Shown here piece by piece: positions 51,173 to 61,744 of a stretch of 64,000 bases of DNA. Numbering within the stretch: position 1 is the first letter of the stretch; each line of letters opens with the position of its first letter. Under the pieces are notes generated by a model that was given only the letters and a program-made list of their open reading frames with translations, had not been told where the DNA came from and ran no database searches. The stretch comes from an uncultured Methanosarcinaceae archaeon (lineage in GTDB: Archaea; Halobacteriota; Methanosarcinia; Methanosarcinales; Methanosarcinaceae): NCBI GenBank assembly GCA_963847185.1, contig CAWJYV010000007.1:576001-640000 (forward strand). The letters run 5' to 3'. Both the position numbers and the translations under genes were made by a program.

Positions 51173-51611
51173 GTTTGCAGAAATGGGAAAAATACAACAT
51201 AAAATTTTCTATGCATTCCCAAGTTGTCTCAGATAAAGTTGGGATATTTCAGAGGCATAGGAAATAGTTCAGTCTTTAAAAAGTCTTTCAAAGAGGGAAA
51301 ATTTTTCATAGAAAAAAGCCTTATGAATATTGGGGAATCAAAAATTTGCGTAACTAAGGGGGATCATTTAGAGGTACAGATCCGACGTAGGGGCAGGACA
51401 TACTCAAAACTGAGAATTCTAGTGAGAAAAAGTGCTACACGAGGTACTTTCTTATATAATGTAGTATGTTCCATCCTATCTCCTGCGACATAAAACCTGA
51501 AAATATAAGCTTGATTTGAAATATATGCATAAAAACAGCAGGTTGCTTGAAGGCTCACATAAGTATAAATTCAAAGAAGATAAAGTATCAAAAATTTCAT
51601 CAGTGATAAAA

Positions 51612-52535
51612 ATGGCCGGAAAAAGACAACTTCCTTTTGATTTGATGTTTGTTGCAGGTCTTGTGCTTCTTACTGACATCTTCATACTCGTGCCTACGCT
51701 TAGTGAAAACTTCCTGCGCACCTACCTGGGTATTATTCTGGTACTATTCTTGCCAGGCTATGCCCTAACTGGAGCTATCTTTCCTGCAAAAAAAGATCTT
51801 GAGGGGATTGAGAGAGCCGTTGTCTCCTTGGGGCTGAGTATCGCACTTGTTCCAATTTTAGGATTAGGTCTGAACTATACTGTATGGGGGATCAGGGAAA
51901 TTCCTGTACTTGCAGGACTCTCGGTTTTTACTCTCCTTATGTGCGTAGTTGCATACTACAAAAGAAGCTTAGTGCCTGAAACCGAAATTTCTGAAATCTC
52001 GCTTAAAGCTTCTTTCCTGAATTTGAAAACCGAAATTTTAGGTACTCCTCAATCTAATGTTGATAAAGTTCTTGCATTCTTTGTGGTTGTTTTGATTCTG
52101 GCCTCCATGGGTAGCCTGGCTTACGTGATAGGAGTTCCTAAAGAAAGAGAACATTTTACTGAATTCTACATTCTTGGAGCTAACGGAACAGCTGGGAATT
52201 ATCCTACAGAGTTTGTCAAGGGAGAAAATGGGACGGTCATTGTAGGTATTGTTAATCATGAGTACGGACCCGTAGATTATACAATGGAGATAAAGCTTGA
52301 AAATAAGTCTTTGCCTCTCTCGAAAAACCAGAGACCGATAAGCCTTGAACACAACATGTCCTGGGAAAATCCAGTTACTTTTACTCCTCCCTTTGAAGGA
52401 AACAATATGAAGCTAGAGTTTCTGATTTTTAACGAAACCGAAAAAACAGTGCCTTACAGGGATCTGCATCTCTGGATTAATGTTACCAGTGAGATTAATG
52501 TTACCAATGAGAGTAATGTTACTAAGGAGGCCTGA
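51612..52535 (+). CDS. DUF1616 family membrane protein (paralog of 16264-17187)
   Basis: LPGYAL..AIFP, EHFTEFYILG and PYRDLHLW; start chosen by alignment to the paralog (MAGK vs MTGK). Confidence 0.85.
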   Translation: MAGKRQLPFDLMFVAGLVLLTDIFILVPTLSENFLRTYLGIILVLFLPGYALTGAIFPAKKDLEGIERAVVSLGLSIALVPILGLGLNYTVWGIREIPVLAGLSVFTLLMCVVAYYKRSLVPETEISEISLKASFLNLKTEILGTPQSNVDKVLAFFVVVLILASMGSLAYVIGVPKEREHFTEFYILGANGTAGNYPTEFVKGENGTVIVGIVNHEYGPVDYTMEIKLENKSLPLSKNQRPISLEHNMSWENPVTFTPPFEGNNMKLEFLIFNETEKTVPYRDLHLWINVTSEINVTNESNVTKEA

Positions 52536-52537
52536 AA

Positions 52538-53413
52538 ATGGCAGCATCAGACTTTCCAACTTCAGAGCTGGAAAGAGGACAGATTTCTTTGCCGGAGCTC
52601 GGGAAAATGTTTAAAATGCCAACGGAAGAAAAAATTGGATTTCTGAAAAAAATATATTATGCAGGAATCCCCGCGCTTGCAATTATATTTGCTGAGTTGA
52701 TGATTTTCGGAGGAAGATTAAAAGAAGCCTCAATAGTTTACACTCTTCTCCTTCTAACCCTTTCATTCTCAACAGCAGTTACAAAAAAGCAGGAGATACG
52801 CAAAATCCACCAGGCATTTCTGCTTCTACCAATTTTCCGACTGGTAAACCTTTCAATGCCAATCTTTTTCAAGGTTAACCTTTATTCATTTATCTTCATT
52901 TATGCGCCTCTGGCAATGTCGGTAATAATTGCCACTGCTCATCAAGATTCCATGTTTGAGAAAAAAAAGGATACTCTTAAGAAAATGTGGATTTACCTTC
53001 CCCTCTCCATCATTGCAGGCCTGGCTTTTGGAGAAGCGGAATATCTCTTGATAGGATCCAGAGCCCTTATCCCTGATCTCTCACAGGTAAATCTGTTAAG
53101 CCTTATACTCATAATGGTTTTTATTGTCGCTTTGGTAGAGGAGCTTATCTTCAGGGCAGTCCTCCAGACAAGGCTTGCAGAGTTTCTGGGCCCTGCAGGA
53201 GGAGTTTTCCTTACAAGCCTTCTTTTCGGAGTAATGCATTCCAGTTATGGTACTTACTATGAAATGGCATATACATTTCTTGTAGGATGCTTTCTCGGAT
53301 ACTCTTTCTATAAAACAAGGAGTCTCCCTTTTGTTATTATGATTCACGGCTCGATAAATGTATTTTTGTTTGGGATAATCCCTTACTTAGGTCCTGGCCT
53401 GGGCTTCATATAA
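52538..53413 (+). CDS. CPBP intramembrane glutamic protease (unfused paralog)
   Basis: EELIFR, FGVMH and HGSIN; starts 2 nt after the DUF1616 stop. Confidence 0.88.
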   Translation: MAASDFPTSELERGQISLPELGKMFKMPTEEKIGFLKKIYYAGIPALAIIFAELMIFGGRLKEASIVYTLLLLTLSFSTAVTKKQEIRKIHQAFLLLPIFRLVNLSMPIFFKVNLYSFIFIYAPLAMSVIIATAHQDSMFEKKKDTLKKMWIYLPLSIIAGLAFGEAEYLLIGSRALIPDLSQVNLLSLILIMVFIVALVEELIFRAVLQTRLAEFLGPAGGVFLTSLLFGVMHSSYGTYYEMAYTFLVGCFLGYSFYKTRSLPFVIMIHGSINVFLFGIIPYLGPGLGFI

Positions 53414-53759
53414 AAGTACGTCATTAAACCGGAAATGTAAAACTGTGTAGTTTTGGTTGACTTTAAGCTCAGTACTAAAAATAATTTATTAAAGTTTTTC
53501 TTGAGAGCTGGCAACGTCTTTCAAAATTACATCATACCAAAAATCAAAATCTTCTACTCTCCTTCTTTAAGAATAAATAAAAACTATATTATATTTTCCT
53601 CTGATGTATACAAGAAGTCAGATAATCGATGTCAGAAAATTTATATGGAAGTACAAACGGTTTCCTTCTTTACTGAAAACGGGAAATTATATAATATATT
53701 CTCTTTAAAGAAGGTTACCTTTTTTCGTAAAAATATTTCAGGTTTTCAGAGGATAATTT

Positions 53760-54524
53760 ATGGAAAAACATCTAGACCGCTTCTGGGAGATTGATTGTCT
53801 GCGAGGATTTGCTGTCCTTTTGATGCTTTTGTATCATTTCCTTTACGATCTGGACTTTTTCAGACTTGCGGATATCCAGCTCAGATCCGGTCTACTTCTG
53901 TTTGAAGGCCGAGGTTCGGCTTTTCTCTTCATTTTGATCTCAGGAATTGCTCTCTCTATAAGTCATTCAAGAGCGCTTGATAAGGGAGCTTGCGGAGAGA
54001 ACATAGAAAAGTTTTCGAAATATCTTAAAAGAGGGCTCAAACTTTTTTTCATGGGTACCCTGATCACAGGTATAACCTGGGTCTTCTTTCCTGGAGAGTA
54101 TATTGTTTTTGGAATTCTCCACTTTTTTGGAGTTTCGGCAGTACTTGTCTATCCCTTTTTGAAATACGGAAAAGAAAACCTATTTTTCAGCCTTTTCTTT
54201 GGTCTTGCAGGACTCTATCTTATGGAAAAGACATTTAATTTTTCCACGTTACTCTGGCTGGGTTTTGTGCCCGAAAACTTCAAAACTCTGGATTATTTTC
54301 CTATATTTCCCTGGTTTGGAGTACTTCTTGCAGGGATTTTTCTTGGCAATTCGCTGTATGCAGGTGGAGAAAGACAGTTTAAAGTTCCATTTCCCGGAAA
54401 AAGTCCCATAATAAGATCCATTTCATATGTAGGGCAGCATTCTCTCTTTATATACTTCATCCATCAGCCGCTCTTTCTTCTACTTCTAATCCTTATTGGA
54501 GTACTCGACCCGAACATGTTATAA
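53760..54524 (+). CDS. DUF1624/HGSNAT-like membrane acetyltransferase
   Basis: RFWEIDCLRG.A..LM..YH, FGILH, DYFPIFPWFG and GQHSL.IY.IHQP. Confidence 0.85.
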   Translation: MEKHLDRFWEIDCLRGFAVLLMLLYHFLYDLDFFRLADIQLRSGLLLFEGRGSAFLFILISGIALSISHSRALDKGACGENIEKFSKYLKRGLKLFFMGTLITGITWVFFPGEYIVFGILHFFGVSAVLVYPFLKYGKENLFFSLFFGLAGLYLMEKTFNFSTLLWLGFVPENFKTLDYFPIFPWFGVLLAGIFLGNSLYAGGERQFKVPFPGKSPIIRSISYVGQHSLFIYFIHQPLFLLLLILIGVLDPNML

Positions 54525-54930
54525 AAACATTAGAAAATAGGTATAAATATACTCGAAACAATTCTCAGATTTTAAATGTTTGAATAGATTAAGAAAGACT
54601 GCTGATGAATAAAATAATATCCAGATTCAAGATTTTATCGGCATCACAATTTATCTACTAATTTTCGAGTTCATTTTTTTCCTGAATATCTGAGCGGCTT
54701 TTTAAAGCAAAGGTTGTGCTTTTTTACTCAAATCTGCCAGTTAAGTATTTGTCAGAAGACGCAAAACCTGCTGGTTTTATATACTATTTAACATACGTTT
54801 TTACATATTCACATCTTGCAGTAACATTCTAATCAACTTCTACCTACCTGATGATATCTGGAATGCATGATGAAATGAAAGTTTCCTGCATGTCCCAGTA
54901 AAAGGGCAGGAATATAGAAATCAAAAGCTT

Positions 54931-55260
54931 ATGACGGAGAAAAAAATGTATCTGGAAATTTCAATGATTGCTTATTTTGTAGTTCTTTTTCTGACCCTGC
55001 GAGATATAAGGATTTTTAAGCGAACAGGCTATCGTTCTTACAGGAAAGGAGCCCTGAGAGGACTTGCAGCTTCTTCCCTGGTGCTAATTGGAGCAATTAT
55101 TGTTGAGGCAAAACCGGAGCTTGGATTGCTTATTGTTTTGATAGGGCTCTTCATTAATCGCAAAGGGGTAAGAGAGCGTGTTTTTACTAATGCGGGAACT
55201 TTTGATCGTTTTTTGGGAAAAACTGATTATGTGAGGAAAAAAATGAAAAAATACGCGTAA
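54931..55260 (+). CDS. Small membrane protein of unknown function
   Basis: Three hydrophobic segments with basic loops. Confidence 0.65.
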   Translation: MTEKKMYLEISMIAYFVVLFLTLRDIRIFKRTGYRSYRKGALRGLAASSLVLIGAIIVEAKPELGLLIVLIGLFINRKGVRERVFTNAGTFDRFLGKTDYVRKKMKKYA

Positions 55261-55664
55261 AAATGCAGAATAAATTTAATAGAAGATACGTCTAAATGAT
55301 ATATCGTGCAGCGATACTGATTAGTTGAATTTCACTGATTGGTGCAGTGGTACTGATTAGTGACAGTACCATCATCCCAAAAATTATTTAAATAAAGATT
55401 ATAAGCTGCTTATGTACTTCCAAACAATTGAGAAAAGGAACGATAAGCTTCAAAGTTTGGGGGGAATGATTACCCCAAAACTTATAAATCTCAAGTGCCC
55501 TATTAGTCAAAATCATTATCACTCAAATTTTTGCATCCAGTTTTCACGAGATCTATCAATCGGAGAAAAGAAAACAGGCACTAAAGAACTGTTTTTTGCG
55601 TCCGACTTCACGTTAACCAGAAATCACAGTAAAATATGGTGAGACAAGACAGAAGTAACTTTGA

Positions 55665-55901
<237 letters not shown>

Positions 55902-55941
55902 ACAGTAAATTTACTTTCGGGACAAAGGCGGGATATCTTAC

Positions 55942-56817
55942 ATGTTTGAAGGAGCAATGCCTGCTCTGATCACTCCTTTTACAAAGGACAACAGGATTGA
56001 CAGAGAAGGCCTACAGCGGAATATTGCATTTGTTGAAGAGGGAGGAGTTTCAGGGATTGTGCCATGTGGCACAACCGGAGAATCGGCAACTCTCTCCGCA
56101 CTCGAGCACGAAGAAGTCATTGATATTGCAGTAGAATGTTCAAAGGTTCCTGTGATTGCAGGGACAGGCTCAAACAACACAGAGGAAGCTCTCCAATTTA
56201 CAAAACATGCTGCAGATGCAGGTGTTGATGGAGTACTTCTTATTTCTCCTTATTACAACAAACCAAATCCTGCAGGCCTGCTTGCACACTTCAAGAAAAT
56301 TGCAGAGGCTGTGGATATCCCTATGATCCTCTACAATGTCCCTTCCCGTACAGGACAGGACATGCCAGTAGATGTTATCGCCGAACTTGCAAAAGTGGAA
56401 AATATAGTGGGAATTAAGGAAGCCAGCGGAAATGTTGGCAAAGTTTCCCAGATCCTGGAAAGTACTGTAGATGAGAATTTCGTCCTCCTTTCAGGCGAAG
56501 ACGGACTTACACTTCCTATTCTCTCAATAGGGGGCAGAGGAGTAATTTCTGTTGCTGCAAATATAGTTCCTGATAAAATGTCCAGAATGGTAAATGCAGC
56601 TCTTGCCGGAGACTACGAAACTGCAAGAAAAATCCATTTTGAGGTCGATCCTCTGATTCGTGCCCTGTTTCTTGAAACAAATCCTATTCCAGTTAAGAAA
56701 GCTGCAGAGCTTATGGGGCTTGCAAGCGGGCACCTGAGGCTTCCACTCGCACCCCTCAGTGGGACAAATACTGTGAAGCTTGCAGAAGAACTCAGAAAAT
56801 TAGGGGTAATAGAATGA
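55942..56817 (+). CDS. dapA: 4-hydroxy-tetrahydrodipicolinate synthase
   Basis: GTTGES, PYYNKP, YNVPSRTG, GIKEAS and ETNPIPVK. Confidence 0.97.
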   Translation: MFEGAMPALITPFTKDNRIDREGLQRNIAFVEEGGVSGIVPCGTTGESATLSALEHEEVIDIAVECSKVPVIAGTGSNNTEEALQFTKHAADAGVDGVLLISPYYNKPNPAGLLAHFKKIAEAVDIPMILYNVPSRTGQDMPVDVIAELAKVENIVGIKEASGNVGKVSQILESTVDENFVLLSGEDGLTLPILSIGGRGVISVAANIVPDKMSRMVNAALAGDYETARKIHFEVDPLIRALFLETNPIPVKKAAELMGLASGHLRLPLAPLSGTNTVKLAEELRKLGVIE

Positions 56818-57605
56818 TCAATGCAGCAGTACTCGGAGCCTGCGGCAGGATGGGCTCTTTAATTATAGAAAATATTACCAGTTCTCCTGACATGCAGCTT
56901 GTTGCCGCCTTTGACATCAGTAACTTTGGTAAAGATGCCGGAGAATTCGCTCATGTAGGCAACCTGGGGATTCAAATCTCAGACGTAAAAGACCTTGAAA
57001 ACGTCCTTACAAAAACTCAGACTGACGTTCTTATTGATTTTACAGCTGCATCAGCAACTGTAATAAATGCTCCAATAGCTGCATCCTGTGGAGTAAACCT
57101 TATAATAGGAACTACAGGCCTGACTGCAGAGCAACGAGTGGTAATTGATGAAGCTATTCGGAAAAACCAGGTGCGTGCAGTTATTTCTCCTAACTATTCC
57201 GTAGGAGTAAACGTCTTTTTCAAGATACTGAAGGAAGCTGCAAAGTATCTTGCAGATTATGATATCGAAATTATAGAAGGTCACCATAACCAGAAGAAAG
57301 ATGCTCCAAGCGGGACTGCACTTCGGGCAGCCGACGTGATAAGTGAGGCTGTTGGAGGAAAAGAATATGTCTACGGCAGGGAAGGAATTGCCCCGCGTGG
57401 AAAAGAAATAGGAATTCATGCAGTTCGTGCAGGAGATATTACAGGAGACCATACAGTCCTTTTTGTAGGCAATTCAGAAAGGATCGAAATCAGGCACATG
57501 GCTCACTCCCGCCAGATCTTTGCCAAAGGCGCAGTTCGCGCAGCCGAATGGATCTGCGGACAGGAACCTGGAATTTATTCCATGGACAATGTACTGGGAT
57601 TGTAA
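56814..57605 (+). CDS. dapB: 4-hydroxy-tetrahydrodipicolinate reductase
   Basis: GACGRMG, IDFT, GTTG and E.HH.QKKDAPSGTAL; ATGA overlap with dapA. Confidence 0.97.
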   Translation: MINAAVLGACGRMGSLIIENITSSPDMQLVAAFDISNFGKDAGEFAHVGNLGIQISDVKDLENVLTKTQTDVLIDFTAASATVINAPIAASCGVNLIIGTTGLTAEQRVVIDEAIRKNQVRAVISPNYSVGVNVFFKILKEAAKYLADYDIEIIEGHHNQKKDAPSGTALRAADVISEAVGGKEYVYGREGIAPRGKEIGIHAVRAGDITGDHTVLFVGNSERIEIRHMAHSRQIFAKGAVRAAEWICGQEPGIYSMDNVLGL

Positions 57606-57833
57606 ATCAATATTTTTGATTCTCGAATAACACAACTTAGTGTGGCCAAAGAGATACCATAAATTTCTCTCAGGCTCACTTTAATTTTGATAGCCTGAAT
57701 TATATTTTTGTGTTTTCATTCTATTTTTTGGATTTTTCTAAGTTCTCCTCACTTCCATATTTTTTAAGTTCCATCTTTCTATATAGTCACTCAAAAACTT
57801 TAAATAATAGGGAATAGGAAATAGGTTACTGTC

Positions 57834-57909
57834 TGCTTGCAAGTTTTCAACCCCTGGAGTCTAAAAACACCTTCTCACACAACATAGTAGAAATAATTAC
57901 TTGCAAGCA
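57834..57909 (+). ncRNA. Candidate ~76-nt sRNA with terminal stem
   Basis: TGCTTGCAAGT / ACTTGCAAGCA perfect 11-bp stem; AAAAAC-TTTAAATA promoter-like motif at 57793-57806. Confidence 0.4.
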
Positions 57910-58076
57910 TGAAATTCCAATAAATAATTTATTTCGGGAATAATTGCATGGGCTCCCGAAAACGAAAAACGAAAGCTTGAAAAACGGAAACTTAAAAAAT
58001 GATTCTCATGAACCTCTGTGGAGCCCTGCAAATTCAATAGTGTCATTCTTTTTTAAATATAATCCAGAAGGGAGAT

Positions 58077-58493
58077 TCAGGCCGTAACCTCTCCTACTGA
58101 AAGGGGTTGATCTTCCGCATAGTCGGCATAAAGTTCTACTTCAACAGTGTTCCAGGGTTGGATATTCGCACTATATGTTTCCGTAAGTCCATTATCGAGA
58201 GTAAATTTGAATGTATAATCTACAACCTCAAACCCTGGCACATGGAATCTGAAGGGTTTAGGATAATAAACTTCCTCTCCTGCTGAAAGCTCATATGTTT
58301 CATTGAGCACTGAATTATTTTTTGAGTCATATATCTCTACCCTGAGTTCATGGACTCCGATATCGTGGTTTCGGATTGAGAAAAGTGAAGTCGGAGGGCC
58401 GGCTATAAGATAAGGGATGGCTATGAACAGTAGCATAAGTATCAATGCCAGAAGAGAAATTCCGATCAGTAGACTTTTTTTAAAACTCCTCAT
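58077..58493 (-). CDS. Membrane-anchored exported hypothetical protein
   Basis: Basic N-terminus plus TM, then a beta-rich acidic domain. Confidence 0.65.
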   Translation of the reverse strand: MRSFKKSLLIGISLLALILMLLFIAIPYLIAGPPTSLFSIRNHDIGVHELRVEIYDSKNNSVLNETYELSAGEEVYYPKPFRFHVPGFEVVDYTFKFTLDNGLTETYSANIQPWNTVEVELYADYAEDQPLSVGEVTA

Positions 58494-58523
58494 AAGGATT
58501 CCGCCTAATTTCAATTGTTAGAT

Positions 58524-59079
58524 TTCAATTACTTACATTGGGCAGTTTCAAACTTTTTCAAACACAAGCTCAGAACTTAAGTTTTCAATTCTATCCGCAA
58601 CAATGACGTTTCCCTGTATCCCAAGCTTTTTTCCTCGATACTATTTTCTGCGAATGAGGAGCTCATCATCAGCTGAAACAAGGCAGAGCCCGTGGTAGAG
58701 TACAACCAGTGCTTTTCCTTCGTGTTCGATGGAGAATACACTCTCATATTTGCTTCCAATGCCTCCAAAAACAATGATAAATGGTATGCTGAGAAATAAA
58801 GAAGGACGTTCATAGATCTGGAGTCGACAGCTGCTTTAGCTTCAACTCTGAATGCCTCAGCTTTCACTTTTCTTTTTTCTTCTTCGTTCTTTATTTAGAG
58901 TCCAATGGGTCCACAATTAATAAGGGAAGCAGAAAAATACCTGTAACTACTGCAAAACCCAGCATCCAATCATCTACTAGTAGTAAAATAAGGATAGGGG
59001 CAGCAGCCGTAATTCCCAAAATAAGAAAGATTTTTTCTATTTTATTCAAGTTCACACCCTTTTGGGATTTAAAAATCAA
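58524..59079 (-). pseudogene. Probable degraded gene (two TMs followed by an OB-fold-like segment) broken by stops and frameshifts
   Basis: Protein-like frame GIGSKYESVFSIEHEGKALVVLYHG...RK*YRGKKLGIQGNVIVADRIENLSS downstream of ORF 58891-59079. Confidence 0.4.
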
Positions 59080-59462
59080 TCTCTGCTAAAGAAGAGATCT
59101 TCTTCCTCATATTGCAGAAGTAGATCAAGGACTGACACCCTGCTGACATCCCTGCAGCCAGGGACAAGGATTATTATTTTTTCAACACGTTCGTAAACCT
59201 TTATCTTTCGGCCTCTCTGGCTCCATTTAATCTTTGAAACTCTTATCAAGTTGACTTCAAGAAGGGAATCTAGATTATATTTAAGAGTATTCAAACCCAA
59301 GCCTAGCTTTTCTGCAAGTTCACCTGCTGACATCTCATTAGTTTCCAGAAGTTGCAGGATTTTCATTGAATTTATGTTTGAGAGAGTCTGTACTAGTTTT
59401 CGGGAAATTTCTGAAAGGAAGAGTACTTCTAATTTTTTTTCAGAGAAGTCCTCCTTCGGCAT
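59076..59462 (-). CDS. ArsR-family winged-helix regulator
   Basis: KILQLL...MSAGELAEKLGL..NTLKYNLDSL.E and WSQRGRKIKVY. Confidence 0.85.
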   Translation of the reverse strand: MPKEDFSEKKLEVLFLSEISRKLVQTLSNINSMKILQLLETNEMSAGELAEKLGLGLNTLKYNLDSLLEVNLIRVSKIKWSQRGRKIKVYERVEKIIILVPGCRDVSRVSVLDLLLQYEEEDLFFSRD

Positions 59463-59716
59463 ATCAATCCCTCACTATATAATCTGCTCTACACTTTTAT
59501 TAGCACAAAATTTTATTCACTTTTATGTTATTCATCTAATAGTCTTAATTGAACACAAACTTTAGCCTTGTTCCATATATCTTTTATGTCCACTTCATCG
59601 AACTATCTTGAGAAAACTTAAGAATTATTTCCAGTAAATAGAAACTTTTTTGAATAAAAATCTTAAAAAGTTCCAAAACAAAAAGCTATATATAGTCAAC
59701 ATCTAGATGTTTACAT

Positions 59717-60166
59717 ATGTTCCTTCCGGCAGGTGAGAAACAGTTTGAATTCTGGATCTTGCACCGAAATGGATTCCCAAATATCAATATCGCAAAGCGT
59801 TTCGGGGTTTCCAGGCAGGCAGTTTCAAGAGCCCTTCTAAGTATGGATAAGCGCATTGAGGAATCCCTGCTTGAAATGGCAAGGGCAAACAAGATAGAAG
59901 TAGAAAAACTGGACTCAAAGAAAGGAATTCTCTTTGGAAGATCGGTTCCTTTCAAAGCCAATGCTGTAGTCTTCGTTTCGGTAAAACACGGAATGCAGGT
60001 CTGGTATGAGCACGAAGGAGAATGCGGGTCTTGTGAGAGGTACAGAGAATGTATCGAGCTTCTCTGGGACTTTGCAGAAGAAATGGGGCTCAAACTCCAG
60101 AGTACAGAAGATCCCACAAAAATAGCTGATGAACTGTTTGAGAAATTAAAAAATTTAATAGAATAG
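59717..60166 (+). CDS. HTH DNA-binding protein with C-terminal Cys motif, leading the DUF1673 operon
   Basis: IAKRFGVSRQAVSRAL HTH; H.GECGSC....EC. Confidence 0.8.
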   Translation: MFLPAGEKQFEFWILHRNGFPNINIAKRFGVSRQAVSRALLSMDKRIEESLLEMARANKIEVEKLDSKKGILFGRSVPFKANAVVFVSVKHGMQVWYEHEGECGSCERYRECIELLWDFAEEMGLKLQSTEDPTKIADELFEKLKNLIE

Positions 60167-60204
60167 ACCTGACTAAAGGCAGGTAAACATAGGAAGGGTG
60201 AACG

Positions 60205-60927
60205 ATGAATGTCTTCACAAGGAGTATCAGGAAACTGATGGGTTGGTGTCCGAATGCAAAAACGCTTGAAACTCAACATTCCATCCACCCTGAATATTTT
60301 GAAGTGAATAACCAGGCCAGAGGAAAAGATGCTGGAAATTTTCCGGTCTTGCCTTCTGGCTGGTGGAATAAGCGCCATAACAGGGCATTAGTAATATCCT
60401 CAGGGCTGACTCTCTTTTCCATATTAGGGATTGGATTTATGGGAGTTCATCCTCTGGACAAATTCGTTTTTGGGTTAGTTATAGGAGCCGTTTTTAACCT
60501 GCTCTTTTGCATCTGGAACTGGCATTATCTAGATAGCGTAAAAAAGACAGGCAAGGAAATTAAGATAAACAATAGATCTCCAAAATGGAGAATTATAGAT
60601 CTAGTACTTTCTCTAGTATTGCTTTATCTCTTATTTACACAGTCTGACTGGGGACTCTTTTTGTTTTTTATCTTTGCCTTTTGTTTAATAACTCTGTTTT
60701 ATTACTTTAGTTTCAATTCAGCTGGCCTGGTAGTGCTACTTTCCTTAGGTTCATCGCTTGGTTGGGGATACGTTATGACGTTTCTATCCGGCTTTTGTTT
60801 AACAGCTTTTCTGTATTACCTTACAGATTTATACTGGGAAAAGAAGAATGGAAAAACAGTGCTTGTGTGCGGGCGTAAAATGCCAGGGATCTACATTGTA
60901 AATGCGGGAGAGGAGCAACGACCATGA
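60205..60927 (+). CDS. DUF1673-type membrane protein
   Basis: IRKLMGWCPNA N-terminal motif; YWEKKNGK after the TMs. Confidence 0.8.
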   Translation: MNVFTRSIRKLMGWCPNAKTLETQHSIHPEYFEVNNQARGKDAGNFPVLPSGWWNKRHNRALVISSGLTLFSILGIGFMGVHPLDKFVFGLVIGAVFNLLFCIWNWHYLDSVKKTGKEIKINNRSPKWRIIDLVLSLVLLYLLFTQSDWGLFLFFIFAFCLITLFYYFSFNSAGLVVLLSLGSSLGWGYVMTFLSGFCLTAFLYYLTDLYWEKKNGKTVLVCGRKMPGIYIVNAGEEQRP

Positions 60928-61544
60928 ACCTTGAATTCATAAAAAAGCTAATGGGCTGGTGTCCTTACGCAAAAACTGCTGGAGCCGGCCCCCGGCTCAG
61001 TCCTGATAATTTTGAAACAAATGATCGATCGCAAGGAGAAAAAACAAGAAGTCCGATTGTTCCAAGCCAGCATTCCAGGCTTGATACCCAACTCCTCTTG
61101 CTACCATTTTTCTTTATTCCTGTTTATATAAACTTGTTATTTCGAAAAGGTATAAATACAGAGGCTTTCCTTCTCGGCCTTTCACTTTCTTTACCGATCT
61201 ATTTGCTCGGCTGGAAAAAACAGATGCATCAATACAATGAAGTGAAAGAAAAACCTGTAATTTCTCCTTTCTTTAGAATAATATTCTTCTGTATTTTCTT
61301 ATTCCTATTTTTGGGTTTGAGTTTGCTAATGGCTTTCTTGCCTTATATATCGTCTCATGCAGCTTATCTTTTTAACGATCAGGCACTGTACTCTTTCGTT
61401 TCAGGCACTCTGATTCTGATGTGGGGCTTCTATTTCCAGCTAATTTACTGGGAGAGGAAAAACCATATGAAAATGTATATGAAAAGAGAAAAAGGACAGC
61501 AAAAGCTGTATGTCCTTGGAGAAAAGAGGGAGAACTGTGACTAG
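60924..61544 (+). CDS. DUF1673-type membrane protein
   Basis: IKKLMGWCP and YWERKN; ATGA coupling. Confidence 0.8.
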   Translation: MNLEFIKKLMGWCPYAKTAGAGPRLSPDNFETNDRSQGEKTRSPIVPSQHSRLDTQLLLLPFFFIPVYINLLFRKGINTEAFLLGLSLSLPIYLLGWKKQMHQYNEVKEKPVISPFFRIIFFCIFLFLFLGLSLLMAFLPYISSHAAYLFNDQALYSFVSGTLILMWGFYFQLIYWERKNHMKMYMKREKGQQKLYVLGEKRENCD

Positions 61545-61653
61545 GGAACTCAATATTATCAAAAAATTAGTGGGCTGGTGCCCGATGAAAAACTCTTTGC
61601 AAAACAAAGGCCAAGGCAATTGCTTATCAGGTTTTGAATCAAAAAGAGACTGA
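61537..61653 (+). pseudogene. Truncated third DUF1673-type gene (38 aa)
   Basis: GTG start, MTRELNIIKKLVGWCPMKNS..., then a stop. Confidence 0.7.
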
Positions 61654-61744
61654 ATAAAATACAAAAACTGAGAAAAATTAAGAAATATCTGAAATTTTAA
61701 TTCTCTTAAGACTGGAAATGCCTGGAGAAAATATGAAAAATTCA

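Noticed and set aside
55312-55372. Three ACTGATT motifs resembling the TetR operator half-site
   Set aside because: No full palindrome or matching spacing, and far from tetR
58641-58643. In-frame TAG in a protein-like minus-strand frame as a possible pyrrolysine codon
   Set aside because: The same region has other stops and frameshifts; a TGG>TAG nonsense change in a pseudogene is simpler
59686-60378. 230-aa minus-strand ORF
   Set aside because: Antisense to two well-supported genes; no recognisable motifs
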